Below are positions 58,681 through 64,000 of a stretch of DNA of 64,000 nucleotides, piece after piece. The stretch spans positions 1,800,001 through 1,864,000 of the forward strand of contig NC_087438.1 in assembly GCF_036321535.1 (NCBI RefSeq), in the 5' to 3' direction. Every line of letters starts with the position of its first letter. The first letter of the stretch is position 1. The stretch comes from Camelus dromedarius (Eukaryota). The position numbers and the translations under genes were made by a program. The notes below the pieces were generated by a model. The model was not told the DNA's origin. It did not search any database and saw nothing but the letters and a program-made list of their open reading frames with translations.

Positions 58681-61089
58681 TTGAAAAATAATTGCTGCTT
58701 GTTTTACTAAGCAGGGCCTTACTTCTCGCTGAGGGTTGCTGTGCAGGGCTTCAGCATGCACATTCAGGGAGGCAGAAATGAAAGCATGAACAAGTAAATG
58801 AAAGCAGAAGTCACATCAGAGGTTAGTATGACCCAGAGGAGAACCCCCTGAGCACTGGGAGGGGTCCTGGCTGTTGCTGGTGGACCCTCACACCACCGGG
58901 GCCTCTGACCACGGCCCGGGGCAGCGTGGCGGATGTAAGGAGGGAGGGTCTTCCTCCTGGGCAGTCGGGGCCCAGCCAGAGTTGCCCCCAGTGCCAGGGC
59001 CCAGAGGCTGCCAGTGTTCACGACCAGTGGGCTCGTCCCCTCACATCTCTCTGGGCCGGACGCCCCAGTGCCTCGCTCACTTCCTTGGGTCAGGGGCTCT
59101 CTGAAGGAGGCACCCGGGGACACGTGACATTGGTACTGCTGTGACCGGGCAGCTTTGGTCCAGACCAGCCAGGAGCGGGAGTGCAGGGCCACAGCCAGAG
59201 CAAATCTTGACGCCCTTTGTCCCCAAACACAGATGAAAACACGGCATCACGGGTCTCCTTCGAGGGCGAGACGCCACCCCTGGTTCCCTCGGAGCCTCAT
59301 GGAAGGTCAGTGAGTGGGGCTGGGTCTTCTGTGTTAGGAAATTACCACCTTCACCATCACAGAAGCTTTTATTAAATCAAACAGTCGAAGTAATAAATTA
59401 AAACCAAATGTCAAACCCTGCCTAGAACAGAGTAGTCACCTCTAGGAACATCGCTGATTGAAAGAGAGAGTGTAAGCCCAAGGGTTTTCTTTGAAGGCGA
59501 GGATAACTGGTGCAAAGGCCCTTAAACTTCCAACTCAGACGCCAAAGCCCTTGAGCGTCTCCCAAAGGATGAGGGAGGAGTGGAGAACGCGATGATCTTT
59601 GTTTAAATGACCCAGTTCCTTACCCTGGGGACACAGCCTCTTCTAAACCTGTCTTGGAATTGGCAGGTGTGCAGAGAGAGGTTTAAAGACTTGAAATTAT
59701 CTAATGATTTCATCCTTCGCAATACCTGCTACCTCCACGCATTTAGAACATTTTAATCTTCAAGGCGAGAGATGGCATTGCTAGATGGCAAACGCCTGGG
59801 AATGGAACTTGGGAGAAGGTGCTGGTCATCGTCCAAGGCCACTCCTGGGCTTAAGCCCTGTTGGGTCTCAAAAGAGTCCTGGACCTGGGACCAACAGCCC
59901 TGGTCTCCAGGGTGACGGTGTGGACAAGCCACGGTGAATCAGGCACGCATGATTTCCTTCCACCATTCCCGTGAAGCTCTGATGACGGTTGTGTTAGCAA
60001 CTGGAAATGTCTTCTTAGTACAGCCACTTTTGCCTTTGGAGGCACGTTCTAATGGCAACAGACCTGCAGGACACAGACATTTAAGATACTTATCAGCCAC
60101 CCAAGTAAGTTGTTATGTCTAAAGAAACTGTCCCGTCACTCTGCGTCTGTTAAGCTCTTTGATAAAAAATGTAGGTCATTTTCTTTCCATTTATGCAAAC
60201 AACACCCCTGCGGAGGAGCAGACACGCGGTCAGGAGTGAATGTCCCTCCTGGGGATGTGGGGTGACCGTCACGGCACCCACCTTCCTTCCCATCCAAATG
60301 ACTCGCGGACCGATCACCCCTCAGGCTGCTTGCTGCGGCTCATGGCTGGGGACAAACGTTCTGGTACCTGGGGTAAAGTGACAGGTGCTGTGCCAACTTC
60401 GAGGGAGAAGGCTCAGTGAACGGCCCTGATAAACTGCCAGGAGCAGGGAACGGTGACTATTCTTATTGAAATCCCACACTTTGATCAACTTATCCCTGAT
60501 TTTTGACACCAGAGGCAACGCTAAGCAAACATCTTCTAATCGCATCTCTCTTCAAGGCTTCGTTTACGCCCAGGATATTGCTGAGATACTGCCGATGCGT
60601 CTCCGTACCCCAAAAAGTCAACTGGACATCCCTGAAAATAAATTCTATCCCGGCAAGCTAGTGTGATCCAAGTAGCTTCCCTGGGGAAGGCAGGTGTTTG
60701 CTGACACAGAGACACCCGCTTGCACCTCGGGGTTTAAAGTGAAGGTTACCTGGAACTGCAAGCACCCCCTCAGCAGGGCCTCCTCCAGGCTCCGCTGAGA
60801 TGACACACACACGGCGCTAATTAGCAGGCACTTCAGGTTTTCTGCTGTATCTTACATTATCCATTACTTTCGCTGTTTCCACATAAAGGAGTGTTTCCTT
60901 TAACAACTGTGCCTCAGTGGCATCTGCTCCTGGATTACCCGTGTGCAGACGTGTTTGTTGAGCTGTGAAGCGTCACTCTGCAGACTATGTTTCTGTTTGT
61001 TGATAACTGACAACAATCACACCAAAGCGTCCTGCGTTACGCAGGGGTGGTGTGTGACGTTGTAGGCAAGTGCTTGAGGAAACTAGACA

Positions 61090-61460
61090 AGCCAGACTGT
61101 GGAGCCCTGCCTTTGAAATATGATTTAAAGCAGAATTTATAATGTCGCAGAATTACATAAAACTGTGTGAAATTGTGCAGATAATCATTTAAATCTCCCT
61201 ACATGAAAAGATAATTGCTCCAGAAATTAACTGTACCTGGGGTTCATTCATTTGGTCATGGCTAGTTTCTTGTGTAGCGATGATTTGATATTGGAGTTAA
61301 TTAAGATCAGGTCAGAGTTGCTGAAGGTCAGACATTAATGTGTGGGATCATTGAAATGATAATTATAAACAGATTAGGAAGCCACGGTCCTTTATAGGGG
61401 TTATTAGATAATTACTGTGAGAGAGAACGGCTTACTGTAATAATGGATTATCGACTACTC
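61090..61460. promoter_or_regulatory. Candidate conserved non-coding element / enhancer
   Basis: Unique AT-rich block dense in TGATTTAA, GATAATCATTTA, GATAATTG, TTAATTAA, ACATTAATGT, AGGTCA x2 and TAATGGATTA. Confidence 0.55.
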
Positions 61461-63874
61461 ACAGCGTTTTAAGGGCGCGAGTGTGTTACTTCCTGCAGCA
61501 CTGAAGAATACTGTCGTCGGCCCTCAGCGCTCAGCAAACAAAGTGGGAGGGTGCTGGCGACAGGCCTTTCTCCCCGCAGCGTTTTGATTTTAGGGGGTGC
61601 GGGTTGTGACGAGTGTTGCCTTTGTCTGCAGGGATGTGAGGATGTCAGGACCTCGGAGGGGAGATGGGAAATCACCCCAGGACTCCCTAGAGGGGGACGA
61701 GGGCTGCAGGGAAGCCCCTCCCTGGTTCCTTTGCTTGGGAGCTTCTGTGAGGGTTGGACATCCATAAAGGATCCCTCGGAGCGGGACGGGAGGTGGCTGA
61801 GCTGTGCAGGGTCTCCAGCGCAGAGCGGGCCTTCCTCAGCTGCTCCTGTCTCTGGGCAGCTTGTCAACATCTGCAGGGCGTGAGGTTTCAGCCTGGCAGT
61901 GGATGCTGGGCTGTGGGGCCGTGACATCCAGAACCCGGGGCAAAGGCTCCTAAACGCAAATCCTAAGCCGGAGGCCGTTGGCGCGTCTGCTCGCCTTTAG
62001 GTCAGCTCACACCACGGGCAAGCGTCCCCGGGACGGAGAGGAGGAGGAAGCCCAGCTTGTCTAGCCCCAGGCCTGAGAGTGCCGAGCCTCAGGCCTCAGC
62101 CGGGTCGCCACCAAACGGCTGTAACTCCTTCCAAGCCTTCGCCCTCTGTGGACGGACAGCGGTGACTCCTGCTGAGTGAGGTCTGTGCTGAGGGTCCGGA
62201 AAGCTGGCGGAAAACACGAGATCTGTGCCGATTCTGATGGCGGCTTGTTGAGCGATTAGTCCTCAGCAGGGATTCCAGGCGAGACTTTGGACTTGGCTGG
62301 GGGGAGACGCCTTTGCTGCCAGGGGCATCACGACACATGCCACGTCGGCGGAACACGGGGAGCAGCTGGCATCCTGGGTGGGGGCGACCCTTCTGATGAC
62401 GGGGCCCCAGGATGGTGGCCCAACAGCAGTGGTTCCTGGCATGCTCGGAGGGCTTCCTGTCTGAAGACCCGGACTGCGTGAGTCCCCGGTCTAGACCCAG
62501 TCCCTGGGCCCAGGTCCAAACCTCCTGGAGTCCTTGGAAAGATCTTTGACCTCAGTGTGATCAGCAGTGTTAGGATCAAGATCAGGAAGGACCCCATTAT
62601 TGTCCGCTCACAGCGAAATGTCCAGACTCCAACGCGGCAGAAGCCCAGGCCTGGCATCTTCTCTGAAACAGGATCTGCAGCTGGGAACTGAAAATCAGGC
62701 AGGGTCTGAGGCTTGAGAGGGTCGGCCGCCCAGGGCCCCAGCTCCGCCTGCAGGTTACAGACGGGCTGGGGAGTTGGACCCGGTCCCCCTGAGAGCCGTT
62801 CCGGGGTGAGCTGCAGGCCAGCCATGGGGCTGCTGTTCAGGCTGTCGAGCGGAGGGCCCGAGCCAGGTTCTAAGCGATTCGATTCCTGGTTTCCTGGAAC
62901 ACAGCTCACGCTCCCTCCTCCCCAGTCACTCTCAGGTCTGACTTGCAGAGAAGAATCTCGGCTTCTTGCAGTTCCGTTCTCTCCATAGGAATGCTTGGTG
63001 CTCAGCTGTCAGAGGCAGTGGCCGTGGAGGGGGCGCTGGACGGGTCCCTGTGAGCTACCATTTACCCTGTTTGTCTTGATCTACATCTTGGTTGATAGAA
63101 GCTGGAGGCACGTGCAGGCACGTGGAGGAACGCTTGGTGTCTCTACCATTCATATTCGACTGAGGGTTTCCAGGAGGCAAAATTACATTCTGCGTCTCGG
63201 GGGAACATTCCACCTCCAAAGACGGTCCCTGCCCCAGCGGTTCTGAGTGCACCTCTGTCCCAGAGTCCGGGAGCTCTGCCACCCCCAGAGGAAGACAGGC
63301 GCTCTTCTCTCTAAGAAAGAGGCTGAATCAGAACACGCTTTGCTGAAACTTCTGTGTCGCTGGGAGCCCCAAGAAGGACAACTGGGAGGAGGCTGGCATG
63401 TGGCTGGGACGCCCAGGCAGCCGGTCCCCCGGGGCCAGCCGCGCAGTCACGGCGTGCTGGTCTGTGCGTCTGGGGGAGACGATGCTCCCTCGGCAGAGCA
63501 CTTGGGAGACAGAAACCTCAAGTTTAAATGTGGGGTTTGGGCCCTTATTTCAGAACAGCACCCCAGAATCTCTACATCTCCCCCCGGGTCCAGTAGAAGA
63601 AGAGGGGCTGGCCTCCTGTGGTTTAAGACCCACTTCTCCCACTGAAGTGCATATGTACTTGAGCTTTGATGCTGTGGTTCTTGGACCCAAGTGGAACCAT
63701 CATGAATTGTTTGCCTTTGATGGTTCCCGGGTCAGAGGGCGTTCGTCTCCTCGGCTACAAACCGGCAGCACGAACACCAGCTTCGTGCCAGTGGAGAGAG
63801 GCGCGTCCAGGTCTGGGCCCTTCCCCAGCCTCGCACAAATGACACTCAGAGGCCACGGAGAATGAGCAACGATC

Positions 63875-64000
63875 CCGGGGGTGGGGGGTATGGATAGATT
63901 AGGAGGTGGGGATTAACAGATACACACTATTGTATATAAAACACATTAACAACAAGGGCCTACGGTAGAGCACAGGGAGCTAGATTCAGTTTCTTGTAAT
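63875..64000 (+). mobile_element. L1 3'UTR fragment, truncated by window end
   Basis: 'ggatagattaggaggtggggattaacagatacacactattgtatataaaaca...aacaacaagggcctacggtagagcacagggagcta'; same family as 22040 and 53473. Confidence 0.88.

Noticed and set aside
40554..61045. Recurrent GCGTTACG word at ~40555, ~40979 and ~61034
   Set aside because: Three short occurrences with unrelated flanks; not distinguishable from chance by eye.
63019..63040. CTCF motif 'ggccgtggagggggcgctg' (also a near-match at ~38497-38515)
   Set aside because: Each mismatches a highly conserved core position, and such partial matches are frequent in GC-rich DNA.
1..64000. The several hundred 60-280 aa ORFs in the track as genes or an operon-like novel system
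   Set aside because: They overlap in all six frames in GC-rich stretches, are Pro/Gly/Arg/Ala-rich, show no recognisable domains, and lack consistent exon structure. This is expected by chance in GC-rich mammalian DNA.
1..64000. Naming the host gene or locus
   Set aside because: No exon was recognised. The enhancer-dense, GC-rich character fits several developmental gene deserts, so assignment needs a BLAT search.

Overview
This window is mammalian non-coding genomic DNA, not prokaryotic. The youngest LINE-1 3' end and the lack of Alu, B1, SINEC, Bov-A/tA or PRE-1 SINEs suggest a cetartiodactyl, probably a camelid (inference from recalled repeat consensi, no search run). I find no credible protein-coding gene, RNA gene or CRISPR array. 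Almost all ORFs in the track look like chance products of GC-rich or repeat DNA; the exceptions are LINE-1 ORF2 remnants. The window holds (i) one young 5'-truncated L1 with a 17-bp TSD, many old L1/L2/MIR/MaLR/ERV1/hAT fragments and several nested insertions; (ii) AT-rich, TAAT/TGAT-dense unique blocks resembling conserved developmental enhancers in a gene desert or very large intron; (iii) many sharp CpG-rich patches. The most interesting signal is that some CpG-rich patches appear to be ancient transposon sequence rewritten by AT->GC substitution (an L1-derived CpG island with a strong CTCF motif, and a MaLR LTR), which fits GC-biased gene conversion. I see no support for a novel gene system. 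Boundaries of old repeats are approximate, and family names come from visual recognition.
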